In this document: one piece after another, positions 1 to 7,975 of the stretch
Layout of the letters: the number at the start of each line of letters is the position of its first letter
Numbering within the stretch: the stretch's first letter is position 1
Source: Candidatus Levyibacteriota bacterium
GTDB lineage: Bacteria; Patescibacteriota; Microgenomatia; Levybacterales; UBA12049
NCBI GenBank assembly: GCA_043823085.1
Contig: JBDRBE010000001.1
Span: 1-45,266 of the forward strand
Reading direction: 5' to 3'
Length of the DNA: 45,266 bases
Notes under the pieces: generated by a model
The model's input: only the letters and a program-made list of their open reading frames with translations
The model's database searches: none
Told to the model about the DNA's origin: nothing
Translations under genes and position numbers: made by a program

Positions 1-3
1 TTG

Positions 4-74
4 CTGCCGGACTAGGATTCGAACCTAGATGAAAGGATTCAGAGTCCTCTATCCTACCATTAGATGATCCGGCA
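4..74 (-). tRNA. tRNA-Gln (anticodon CTG)
   Basis: Reverse complement gives acceptor stem TGCCGGA/TCCGGCA, D-loop TAATGGTA, anticodon arm GGA-CT-CTG-AA-TCC and T-loop GGTTCGAATCC; CCA is not encoded. Confidence 0.95.
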
Positions 75-184
75 ACGTCAAACGTCGCTTCGCTTACACT
101 TCAATTCTATCAAATCGGGGCTCTGACTACAATTTTAAAACGCAGTGTATTTTATCAAGAACTTTTAGTATACTTAAACTTGAC

Positions 185-778
185 ATGCTTGATCCAAATT
201 TTGTTATACTCGGCTCTCTCATCAATCTGTCTAGTGCTTTTGTTTATCTTTTTGCTACGGTTAGAGGAGAAGTAAAACCAAACAGAGTTACCTTTTTTCT
301 TTGGGCATTAGTGTCATTTATAGCCTTTGCAGCCCAGGTAAAACAGGGAGTTGGCATACAGTCTCTCTTTACACTTTTTAGTGGCCTCATACCATTATCT
401 ATCCTTATCGCTTCGTTTGTAAATAAAAAATCATTTTGGAAACTTGGCACATTTGATTATATCTGCGGAGCCCTTTCGCTGATTGGACTACTGCTTTGGT
501 ATATAACAAAAGTTGGGAATATAGCAATTTTTTGCAGTATACTCGCTGATGCATTTGCTTATATTCCAACACTAAGAAAGTCATACTACTTCCCAGAAAC
601 CGAGAATGGACTCTCGTATTTCCTAAGCGCAACAGGCGCAGCCATAACAGCACTCACTATAACTGTTTGGAACTTTCAAACCTATGCCTTTCCCATCTAT
701 GTTTTCATTTTAGATTTTGTTATTTTTATTTTGGTTCAGTTTAAAGTTAGAAGATTATTAAAAAAATTTATCCTGTAA
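185..778 (+). CDS. Hypothetical multi-pass membrane protein
   Basis: 197 aa ATG ORF with about 6-7 hydrophobic segments. Confidence 0.75.
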   Translation: MLDPNFVILGSLINLSSAFVYLFATVRGEVKPNRVTFFLWALVSFIAFAAQVKQGVGIQSLFTLFSGLIPLSILIASFVNKKSFWKLGTFDYICGALSLIGLLLWYITKVGNIAIFCSILADAFAYIPTLRKSYYFPETENGLSYFLSATGAAITALTITVWNFQTYAFPIYVFILDFVIFILVQFKVRRLLKKFIL

Positions 779-827
779 AAAGACAATATCGCGGTTCGAC
801 TCCGACAGGTTCAGCAAAGGTTTTTTT

Positions 828-1142
828 ATGATAAATAAATGTTTTCAATGTGGTCTTTGCTGTCGTTTGTTTTTAATTAATTTAACCAAACAAGAATACC
901 GCTCGGGCAAATACAAAACTCAATTTGAAAAGTTTGGCTTGATTGATGATTTCAGTAAAGCAACCACGTGTGGAGCAAACATTCTCAAACAAAAAAAGGA
1001 CGGCGATTGCATCTATTTTAAGGCAAATAAATGCTCCATTCACAAAATAAGGCCCAAAGTTTGTAGAGAATTTTTCTGCACATCAAAATCAAAAAAGTTT
1101 AGAAAAATGATTGAGCAAATTGAAAATAAGCGAACTTCTTAA
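828..1142 (+). CDS. YkgJ-family cysteine-cluster (Zn/Fe-chelating) protein
   Basis: CFQCGLCC ... CIYF ... CSIH-x-x-RP-x-VCREFFC pattern. Confidence 0.85.
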   Translation: MINKCFQCGLCCRLFLINLTKQEYRSGKYKTQFEKFGLIDDFSKATTCGANILKQKKDGDCIYFKANKCSIHKIRPKVCREFFCTSKSKKFRKMIEQIENKRTS

Positions 1143-1258
1143 ACGACACTCCGTAAAAGACAGACCGGCGTGCTCGATCCATCCTTGGCCAAGACTACGA
1201 AACGTTAATCTTTTTATTCTCCTCACCATTTTATTCCAAATAAGACTATAATGTATTT

Positions 1259-1630
1259 ATGGATGATAAAATTCTCCGAAGCTTAATCCTCCTGACATAC
1301 AAAGGCAAAGCGCTTCTTATGTATAAAACAAATAGCCCGCTTGATAAAGAAAAGCACCCATGGTGCTTTATCGGCGGAATTAAAGAAAAAGAGGAATCTT
1401 CTGAAAAAGCAATGGCTAGACGGGTAGAAAAAGAAATGGGTATAAAAATTGAAAAGGTTGAGTTTGTGTCGGAATCTTGCTATCACGCCAGGCTAACAGA
1501 TGACAATGTAAACAAAATAGAGCGGGCAGAAAACCAACTGCTTGATTTTTTTAGCCTTAGTGAGTTGAAAAAACTTTTTCTATCAAGCACAACAGCGCAA
1601 TTTATATCAAAACACGGTACTCTTATATAA
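1259..1630 (+). CDS. NUDIX-fold protein with degenerate Nudix box
   Basis: WCFIGG-x4-EES-x4-ARRVEKEMG resembles GX5EX7REUXEEXG but lacks key glutamates. Confidence 0.65.
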   Translation: MDDKILRSLILLTYKGKALLMYKTNSPLDKEKHPWCFIGGIKEKEESSEKAMARRVEKEMGIKIEKVEFVSESCYHARLTDDNVNKIERAENQLLDFFSLSELKKLFLSSTTAQFISKHGTLI

Positions 1631-1746
1631 AGCTCAACCGGCATACGAATTCAGCCCGATTTCCCAACCTCTTAAACAACAATCCTTGAAAAGCCCTTTA
1701 AAACTTTACTTTTTGGCTTAATTGATGTAAAATCTCCCTCATACGT

Positions 1747-1980
1747 ATGTCAATGGAGATACCAAAATATGGCCCTGTCTTTGCGGAATTTCTACAAGGG
1801 TTAAGAAATGCGGTCAAAAGAGAAGATTTAACACCTAATCAGGCTCTTGAAAAAAGCGAAAGAACATTAAGAGAACTTGCATGCTTGCAACTTGTAAACC
1901 CCGGGAAGCCATTATTTGGCACCGACTGCACGCAAGTTGAAGAACTGATTAGAAATAAAAATTCCCAGCGAGCCGCCTAA
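1747..1980 (+). CDS. Small hypothetical protein
   Basis: 77 aa ATG ORF filling the intergenic space; no motif recognised. Confidence 0.45.
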   Translation: MSMEIPKYGPVFAEFLQGLRNAVKREDLTPNQALEKSERTLRELACLQLVNPGKPLFGTDCTQVEELIRNKNSQRAA

Positions 1981-2021
1981 AACTTGATTCATTCCTCAAT
2001 AGCTGATAATATTTGTAATTG

Positions 2022-3761
2022 ATGACTGATTTTCAATTGGTGATTGGCGGAGAGGCCGGATACGGAATAATGACGGTGGGCTTACTTCTTTCCAAAGCTT
2101 TTACCCGGCATGGCCTTTCGGTTTTTGATTACACCGAATACCCCTCTTTAATTCGGGGCGGACATAATGCATATTATGTCAGAGCATCGGACAGTGAAAT
2201 TTTTTCCCAAAAAAGAAATATTGAGATTTTAATTGCTTTAAATAAAGAAACTGTTGATAAACACAAAAGCGAACTTTCAAAAAATGCTGTAATTATTTTT
2301 GACCCCCAAGTAGCCAAAATTGAACAAAAAGATTTTCAAGACATTCTTCTTTATCCTGTCCCCTTTTTGGAATTAGCAAAAAGCCAAGGCGGCGATAAAG
2401 TAATGATAAACACTGTTGCGGTTGGCGCGGCACTTGGAATTTTAGGCGCTGACTTTGAAGTTTTACAAAAAATTTTAGAAGAGTTGTTTGGACAAAAAGG
2501 TGAAAAAGTTGTTTTGGAAAATGTCAACAGCGCCAAAGCAGGTTTTGATTATGCTGTAAAAATTTTTAGTGATAAATTTAAAGTTAAGATTGAGAAAAAA
2601 ACTCAAGAAAATTTATTAATCAATGGCGCAGAAGCAGTATCTCTTGGAGCAATTAGGGCCGGATTAAAATTTGCCGCAATTTACCCAATGACCCCTATTA
2701 ATAATATTTTAACAATTCTTGTTTCAAACGCTTCAAAATATAATTTCCTTATTAAGGAACCAGAAGATGAAATCTCCGGAATAAATATGGCAATTGGCGC
2801 ATCATATGCAGGTGCAAGAAGCATGGTAGCAACTTCGGGCGGAGGATTTTGTTTAATGACCGAGGCTCTGGGCCTTTCGGCGCAGATCGAGGTTCCCCTC
2901 GTGATAGTTTTAGGAGCAAGGCCAGGCCCATCAAGCGGTATGCCCACATGGACAGATCAGGGAGATTTACAATTTGCTCTTCATGCCTCTCAAGGAGACC
3001 TGCCAAGAATTGTCATAGCTCCCGGCGATATGCTGGAAGCTTTTTCTCAAACTATGCAGGCTTTTAATTTCGCGGATAAATATCAGCTTCCGGTTATAAT
3101 TTTAACCGACAAATATTTACTCGAAGGACACGCAACAGTTCAAAGTTCAAAGTTCAAAGTTCAAAGTTCAAAGTTCAAATTGGAAAGAGGGAAAATTTTG
3201 AACGATACTGAAATCGCAACAATTACTGATTATAAAAGATATGCAATAACTGATGATGGAATTTCTCCAAGAAGTTTGCCCGGACAAAAGGGCGGAATTG
3301 CCCTTTCGGATTCTTATGAACACGATGAACAAGGGATGTATGATGAAACTTGCGAAAACAGAATTAAAATGGTGGATAAAAGATTTAAAAAACTCCAAAT
3401 GGCATTAAAAGATATTCCAAAACCAGAGCTTTTTGGAAACATTGATGCCCAAATTTCGATTCTTGCTTTTGGTTCAACCAAAATGCCTGTTTTGCAAGCC
3501 TTGAAAATTTTAAAAGACGAAGGATTGGATGTAAATTTTCTTAAGGTTTCATTCTTAAATCCTTTTCCAGCCGAAGAAGTCGCACAGACAATTAAAAAAG
3601 CCAAAAAAACTATTGTCATTGAAGGCAATAAAAGCGGACAGTTTGAAAGCTTAATCAAAGAGCAAACAGGACTTTCAATAACCAAGCATTTTCGAAAATA
3701 CGACGGACGACCATTTTATCCGGAAGAAATAGTAAGTAAAATTAAAGACATTTTGAAGTGA
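2022..3761 (+). CDS. korA: 2-oxoacid:ferredoxin oxidoreductase alpha subunit (gamma-alpha fusion)
   Basis: GGEAGYGI, YPSLIRGGH, YPMTP, EDEI, ATSGGGF, RPGPSSGMPT and KYDGRPF motifs; substrate specificity not determinable. Confidence 0.92.
   Translation: MTDFQLVIGGEAGYGIMTVGLLLSKAFTRHGLSVFDYTEYPSLIRGGHNAYYVRASDSEIFSQKRNIEILIALNKETVDKHKSELSKNAVIIFDPQVAKIEQKDFQDILLYPVPFLELAKSQGGDKVMINTVAVGAALGILGADFEVLQKILEELFGQKGEKVVLENVNSAKAGFDYAVKIFSDKFKVKIEKKTQENLLINGAEAVSLGAIRAGLKFAAIYPMTPINNILTILVSNASKYNFLIKEPEDEISGINMAIGASYAGARSMVATSGGGFCLMTEALGLSAQIEVPLVIVLGARPGPSSGMPTWTDQGDLQFALHASQGDLPRIVIAPGDMLEAFSQTMQAFNFADKYQLPVIILTDKYLLEGHATVQSSKFKVQSSKFKLERGKILNDTEIATITDYKRYAITDDGISPRSLPGQKGGIALSDSYEHDEQGMYDETCENRIKMVDKRFKKLQMALKDIPKPELFGNIDAQISILAFGSTKMPVLQALKILKDEGLDVNFLKVSFLNPFPAEEVAQTIKKAKKTIVIEGNKSGQFESLIKEQTGLSITKHFRKYDGRPFYPEEIVSKIKDILK
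3137..3178 (+). repeat. Perfect tandem heptamer (AGTTCAA)x6 in frame inside korA
   Basis: 42 nt; translated as VQSSKFKVQSSKFK. Confidence 0.95.
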
Positions 3762-3877
3762 GAAACTTTTGACGTTTTTGATCTTGAAAATTTGATCTAT
3801 TGATATCAAGAATTCAAGATTTCAAAAAATCAAGATCGAGGATATCCCATTTCCCATTTCAAGAATTCTAATTTAAT

Positions 3878-4768
3878 ATGACAGATATAAAAGATTTAGA
3901 AGTTACTTGCGATAAACCAAATTGGTGCCCGGGGTGCGGCAACTTTAGCATTTGGATTGCATTAAAAAATGCAATTGTGAACTTAGGATTAAATCCTTGG
4001 GAAGTAGTTTTGGTTTCTGGCATTGGTTGTTCAAGTAAAATGCCCTACTGGGTTAAAACTTACGGCATGAATAGCTTACATGGAAGGCCGGTTCCGGTTG
4101 CGCAAGGCATAAAACTTGCCAATTCCGGACTGACAGTAATTGTTGTGGCAGGGGATGGCGACCAATACGGAGAAGGGCTAAATCATTTAATTCATGCTTG
4201 CCGTCGTAATGCCGATATAACGGTTCTTGCCCATAATAATCAAATTTACGCCCTAACCACCGGACAATTTTCACCAACCACTGATATTGGCCAAAATAAT
4301 AAAGCATCTCAAACACCGACACTGGATCTTCCGATTAATCCAATTGCCTTAACGCTTTCGGCCGGCGCAACCTTTGTCGCCCGCGGTTTTGCCGGAGATG
4401 TCAAATACCAAACGCAATTAATAGTTGATGCGGTTAAACACAAAGGCTTTTCAATTATTGATATCATGCAACCCTGTGTTACTTTTAATCACAAAAATAC
4501 TTTTAATTGGTTTTACGAAAGGGTTTATAAACTCGAGGAAGAAAAGCATGACTCAAAAAATCTTTTAGCCGCATTAACCAAAGCGCAAGAATGGCCGCTT
4601 AGACGAGCTTTGAAAGAAAATGAAAAAGAAAGAATACCTATTGGAATTTTTTACCAAGAGGATAGAATTACGTGGGAAGACGAAAACCCGCAATTTGTAA
4701 AAACTCCCCTTACCAAACAACCAATCGAAAACATCGACATAAATCCACTGATTGAAGAATTAATGTAA
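3878..4768 (+). CDS. korB: 2-oxoacid:ferredoxin oxidoreductase beta subunit (TPP-binding)
   Basis: WCPGCG, SGIGC, LHGR, GDGD...NN and PCVTFN motifs; follows the alpha subunit. Confidence 0.92.
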   Translation: MTDIKDLEVTCDKPNWCPGCGNFSIWIALKNAIVNLGLNPWEVVLVSGIGCSSKMPYWVKTYGMNSLHGRPVPVAQGIKLANSGLTVIVVAGDGDQYGEGLNHLIHACRRNADITVLAHNNQIYALTTGQFSPTTDIGQNNKASQTPTLDLPINPIALTLSAGATFVARGFAGDVKYQTQLIVDAVKHKGFSIIDIMQPCVTFNHKNTFNWFYERVYKLEEEKHDSKNLLAALTKAQEWPLRRALKENEKERIPIGIFYQEDRITWEDENPQFVKTPLTKQPIENIDINPLIEELM

Positions 4769-4773
4769 TTAAA

Positions 4774-4847
4774 ATGTTACAAATGTTACACCCCCGAGGT
4801 GTAACAAGAGGTGTAACAATCACTATTCTACATAGCAGCATACTTTA
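4774..4847. repeat. Palindromic sequence TGTTACACC...GGTGTAACA plus a 20-nt half-copy of the 15742 palindrome
   Basis: Inverted arms visible directly; CTACATAGCAGCATACTTTA at 4828-4847 is identical to 15753-15772. Confidence 0.7.
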
Positions 4848-4944
4848 GATTATTGAAAAAATATTTTTCTGCTTTAATGATTTAAATCATTTTAGTTTAG
4901 ACGAATTCATATGAATCTATTAACATTCTCTCTAATATTCAGAA

Positions 4945-5415
4945 TTATGATTGAGGAGTTAAGTTAAGAGGAACTTTCATTACTGCTTTAATTTCGCCTA
5001 TTTCTCTTTGCTCATAAACGTCCGCTTCCTCAACTTTTCCGTCTTCAGGATTAATCACGGTATTTCCAACTCTTAGATACCAATGATTCCATCCGGTTTT
5101 TATTTTATGGCCTGCCACCATATGAGGAACATCAAATTTAAAACCTTCTTCTTGCCAATCAACGTCCTCTGCGCCAAAACCGAACATTAAATTTGCAATC
5201 GAAACTCCCTTTTCTTCGTCAATTTTCACCCCGTCAAGAGAATAACCCAACATTTCCAAACAAGCTTGCCCGCAGTAAGTCTCCTCCGTTTGTTTACGTA
5301 CCCCAATACTAAACTCACCCTTTTCCCCAAAGGTAACAACTTCCCCTGTCGGAATACTTGTTCTACTGGCTGTAATTCCTTCTTTTGGATTATTAAATTT
5401 CGGGTCTTCTTTCAT
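4945..5415 (-). CDS. Small papain-like (peptidase C39-like) cysteine hydrolase
   Basis: QTEETYCGQACLEML (Q...CG.ACL), NHWY and INPEDG match C39-type Cys/His/Asp(Asn) spacing; probable ATG at 5415 overlaps the upstream gene by 23 nt. Confidence 0.6.
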   Translation of the reverse strand: MKEDPKFNNPKEGITASRTSIPTGEVVTFGEKGEFSIGVRKQTEETYCGQACLEMLGYSLDGVKIDEEKGVSIANLMFGFGAEDVDWQEEGFKFDVPHMVAGHKIKTGWNHWYLRVGNTVINPEDGKVEEADVYEQREIGEIKAVMKVPLNLTPQS

Positions 5416-6595
5416 GGTCAAAATTATAAAGCACTTCTTGAAACGCTTTTCCAAGTTCCTCTATCCTTTCCGGACTTTCCGTTCCTCCGGCAATTCTTAT
5501 ATAAGGATCAAAACGATAAAAAACAATACCTGTTTTGGAAAATCCAAAGCTTTGAGCCAAAATAGTTTTTCCATTTTTAACTCCAATTACCGGATGCTCA
5601 CATAGAGCTTTTGCCAAATCCAAATGATTTCCAAGAGACGGATCGACTGTGATAAAAAATACAGAGGCAGATCCGTTTGGAAAGTGTAAATTGGCATAAT
5701 CGCTGTTTGGATGATTTGGAAGATTTGGATATGAAACAAAAAATTTACCGTTCTCTGTTTGCGCTCCAAAACATGCTCCCGCAAGCCGATAAGTATTACT
5801 CATGACTAAACGATTAGCCCTATCAAATTCTTCTTTCGATGTAGGAATTTCTCTACTCACTGTCTTTACCCCTGATAAACCAAGTATTGAACCGATTCTT
5901 CTTCGCTTTTTTTCTAATCTTCTAAGGATTTCTTCATTATATGCAAAAAGAATTCCTCCTAATTCTTGATTCGAGACATAAAATTTTGTAGCACTTTCTA
6001 GGCCAATAATTTTTAGATCGGCATGTTTTTGTAAAATCCCTGCCAATGGTAGAATAGAGTCTGTTGGCAAAGTGTTATCTAATATAATTATCGGATCAAC
6101 TTCTTTTAATATTTGAAGATTTAAAAATTTTTCAATATCTAAAATTGTCATCTCCGTACCATTAGTAATGGTTTCAAAAAAAATAACTTTTGGATGCCTT
6201 GCTTCAATTATTTCCTGGATACTCTCTATCGAACTCGAGTCTACGGTACATGATTTAACTCCTCGCTCTTGTAAATCTTCCTGAAAATATCCGTATATTT
6301 GGCTGTATCCTTGAAATCCATGAACAGCAGTATCTCCGGCAGTAAGACTTGCAATTTCAATTGCTGTAGTCACAGCAGACATACCTGAATTACATAGTAA
6401 AATGTGATCTTTATCCGTACCAGCTAATTCCGCCACCTGACGTTCACCAAGATCTAACTCGGGAGATCCATCCCGAGGATATGAATCAATACCCCTTTCA
6501 AACCTCTCTCTGCCTTCTAGCATTCTAATAAAATCATCAAAGGTTCTATATGCAAATGATGGACTCTTTCTTTGAAATACTTCTTTCATAGCCAT
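5393..6595 (-). CDS. PLP-dependent Cys/Met metabolism enzyme (cystathionine gamma-synthase/lyase or methionine gamma-lyase family), divergent
   Basis: YPRDGSP, SGMSA, FFET, DNT, SATKF (PLP lysine), YP, SFG and IRIAGG motifs. Confidence 0.85.
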   Translation of the reverse strand: MAMKEVFQRKSPSFAYRTFDDFIRMLEGRERFERGIDSYPRDGSPELDLGERQVAELAGTDKDHILLCNSGMSAVTTAIEIASLTAGDTAVHGFQGYSQIYGYFQEDLQERGVKSCTVDSSSIESIQEIIEARHPKVIFFETITNGTEMTILDIEKFLNLQILKEVDPIIILDNTLPTDSILPLAGILQKHADLKIIGLESATKFYVSNQELGGILFAYNEEILRRLEKKRRRIGSILGLSGVKTVSREIPTSKEEFDRANRLVMSNTYRLAGACFGAQTENGKFFVSYPNLPNHPNSDYANLHFPNGSASVFFITVDPSLGNHLDLAKALCEHPVIGVKNGKTILAQSFGFSKTGIVFYRFDPYIRIAGGTESPERIEELGKAFQEVLYNFDHERRPEI

Positions 6596-6596
6596 T

Positions 6597-6621
6597 AAAA
6601 AACCTCTCCGTAAGAGAGGTT
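6597..6621 (-). terminator. Riboswitch expression platform: terminator-like hairpin that also sequesters the SD
   Basis: AACCTCTCT-TAC-GGAGAGGTT-TTTT directly before the ATG; the 3' arm contains GGAGAGG. Confidence 0.8.
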
Positions 6622-6651
6622 AATTATTTGCAACCCGCTATTTGCGAGTTA

Positions 6652-6778
6652 CCTTATCCTTCCCTTACGTACACGTAAAACGTGTCAGGGCTGAGTTTAG
6701 CACCGTGTTCCCTCGATACCTGGGACTCGGTTGCTGGATGGATCATTAGGCCAGAACCCTCCCCATCGCTCTTGATAT
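6652..6778 (-). promoter_or_regulatory. SAM-I (S-box) riboswitch aptamer
   Basis: Minus strand ATCAAGAG...GGAGGGTTCTGGCCTAATGA...CAGCAACC...GGTGCTAAACTCAG...GATAAG follows the S-box consensus; lies upstream of a Met/Cys enzyme. Confidence 0.9.
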
Positions 6779-6785
6779 TGTCCTA

Positions 6786-6813
6786 ATTATAAAAGATTTT
6801 TATTGTTTGTCAA
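6786..6813 (-). promoter_or_regulatory. Sigma70 promoter for the riboswitch operon
   Basis: Exact TTGACA-N16-TATAAT; predicted start falls at the aptamer 5' end. Confidence 0.8.
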
Positions 6814-6920
6814 TAACCAAAAGAAAAACCCGCAACATATGCTGCAGGGCTTTTCTTGTATGCTTTTAAAGGACATGTCCTTCAAAAAAAAGGAATTAAT
6901 CCCAGTCATTCGTTTGCCAC

Positions 6921-6950
6921 TTCACCTCAGTTCATTCAAACTGCGGCTCA
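6921..6950 (-). repeat. 30-nt structured motif, copy 1
   Basis: TGAGCCGCAGTTTGAATGAACTGAGGTGAA; 27/30 identical to 44889-44918. Confidence 0.8.
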
Positions 6951-6971
6951 TGGCGCACTTCGACGGGAATT

Positions 6972-7112
6972 TCAGCCTCCAATTCTGTACATTCCTGTAC
7001 CGCAATTTGGGCATTTACCTTTAAGAGCTGGTTTTCCATTTTTCATTGTCACTTTTTGAGCATTTGGATCATCTCTCTTTGCTCTGCATTTTACACAATA
7101 CATTGAAGCCAT
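6972..7112 (-). CDS. Small zinc-ribbon protein (DUF5679-like)
   Basis: YCVKC...MKNGKPA.KG.CP.CGT.MYRIG; GGAGGTG SD upstream of ATG 7112. Confidence 0.85.
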   Translation of the reverse strand: MASMYCVKCRAKRDDPNAQKVTMKNGKPALKGKCPNCGTGMYRIGG

Positions 7113-7162
7113 ATTATTTTTCACCTCCCTTCGCCCCGCCGAAATTTTAATGAAGGCGGGTT

Positions 7163-7447
7163 TCACCGTGCTTTTGTCAAAATAAAAATTAGTAATTCTA
7201 AAACTACAATTGAACTTGTTAAAATTGTTGTCTTTAAAAGATCTCCTTTTAAATAAACATACGAGTGAGAATTAATTGCAGTTTGGCTAACAGCTGCATA
7301 AGTAAATTCTCTACTGCTTTTTATTTCATCTTTCTTTTTAAATTCCTGAGATGTTCCCTGACTCGAAGTTTCGAGTTGATTTTTTAAATGGAGCTCCCGA
7401 CGGAGATTTGCAATAATTTTTTGTTGTCGAGTTTTGTGCCTACTCAT
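7163..7447 (-). CDS. Hypothetical protein with C-terminal TM helix
   Basis: 94 aa ATG ORF; basic N-terminus, hydrophobic C-terminus. Confidence 0.6.
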   Translation of the reverse strand: MSRHKTRQQKIIANLRRELHLKNQLETSSQGTSQEFKKKDEIKSSREFTYAAVSQTAINSHSYVYLKGDLLKTTILTSSIVVLELLIFILTKAR

Positions 7448-7460
7448 TGCAATATAGGAA

Positions 7461-7500
7461 AGATTACACTATTGACACGAGGCTGTCAAGAGGCTAATAT
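7461..7500. promoter_or_regulatory. Overlapping divergent sigma70 promoters
   Basis: TTGACA-N6-TGTCAA (7472-7489), with TAATAT 17 nt downstream on + and TAATCT 17 nt downstream on -. Confidence 0.55.
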
Positions 7501-7510
7501 GTGTATATAT

Positions 7511-7975
7511 ATGGTATTCGATTTCCAGACAATAGCCTTGATTGTTGCTATTCTTTGGCTCTTAACTCTCTCTGTCTTTTTTTGGCAATTATTCACTCAT
7601 TACAATCATTTGGTCAAAGGAATAAGTAATAAGACCCTTAAAGCAGTTTTAGAAAATATTCTAAAAGAAACAGATTTATCAAAAAAAGATATTAATTATT
7701 TAAAATCCCGCTGCGATAAAATAGAAAAAGATGGACTTTTGCATATTCAAAAAGTCGGGCTTTTACGATATAATCCTTTTAAAGATACCGGCGGAGATCA
7801 GAGTTTTGTTTTAGCTCTAGTTGACGGTAACGACACGGGCGTTGTGATTTCCGGACTTTATTCACGCTCCGGAACAAGATGGTATGCCAAAAGAGTTAGT
7901 AAAGGCAACGGAGTTGAGCATGAATTATCTGACGAAGAAAAAAAGGCAGTAAAAGAAGCAAAAAATAAACTATGA
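7511..7975 (+). CDS. DUF4446-family protein
   Basis: N-terminal TM, then QKVGLLRYNPF.DTGGDQSF.LAL.D...YAK; probable ATG 7511. Confidence 0.85.
   Translation: MVFDFQTIALIVAILWLLTLSVFFWQLFTHYNHLVKGISNKTLKAVLENILKETDLSKKDINYLKSRCDKIEKDGLLHIQKVGLLRYNPFKDTGGDQSFVLALVDGNDTGVVISGLYSRSGTRWYAKRVSKGNGVEHELSDEEKKAVKEAKNKL

Noticed and set aside
770-820. Additional tRNA gene
   Set aside because: A T-loop-like GGTTCGACTCC is present but there is no D-arm or acceptor stem; it also resembles the CCGACAAGCTCAG mini-hairpin family
6921-6950. Hammerhead ribozyme
   Set aside because: TGAG...GAA resembles the core, but the CUGANGA, GAAA and cleavage-site geometry are not met
6803-7059. Plus-strand ORFs 6803-7024 and 6856-7059
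   Set aside because: They overlap a promoter, structured non-coding sequence and the better-supported minus-strand zinc-ribbon gene
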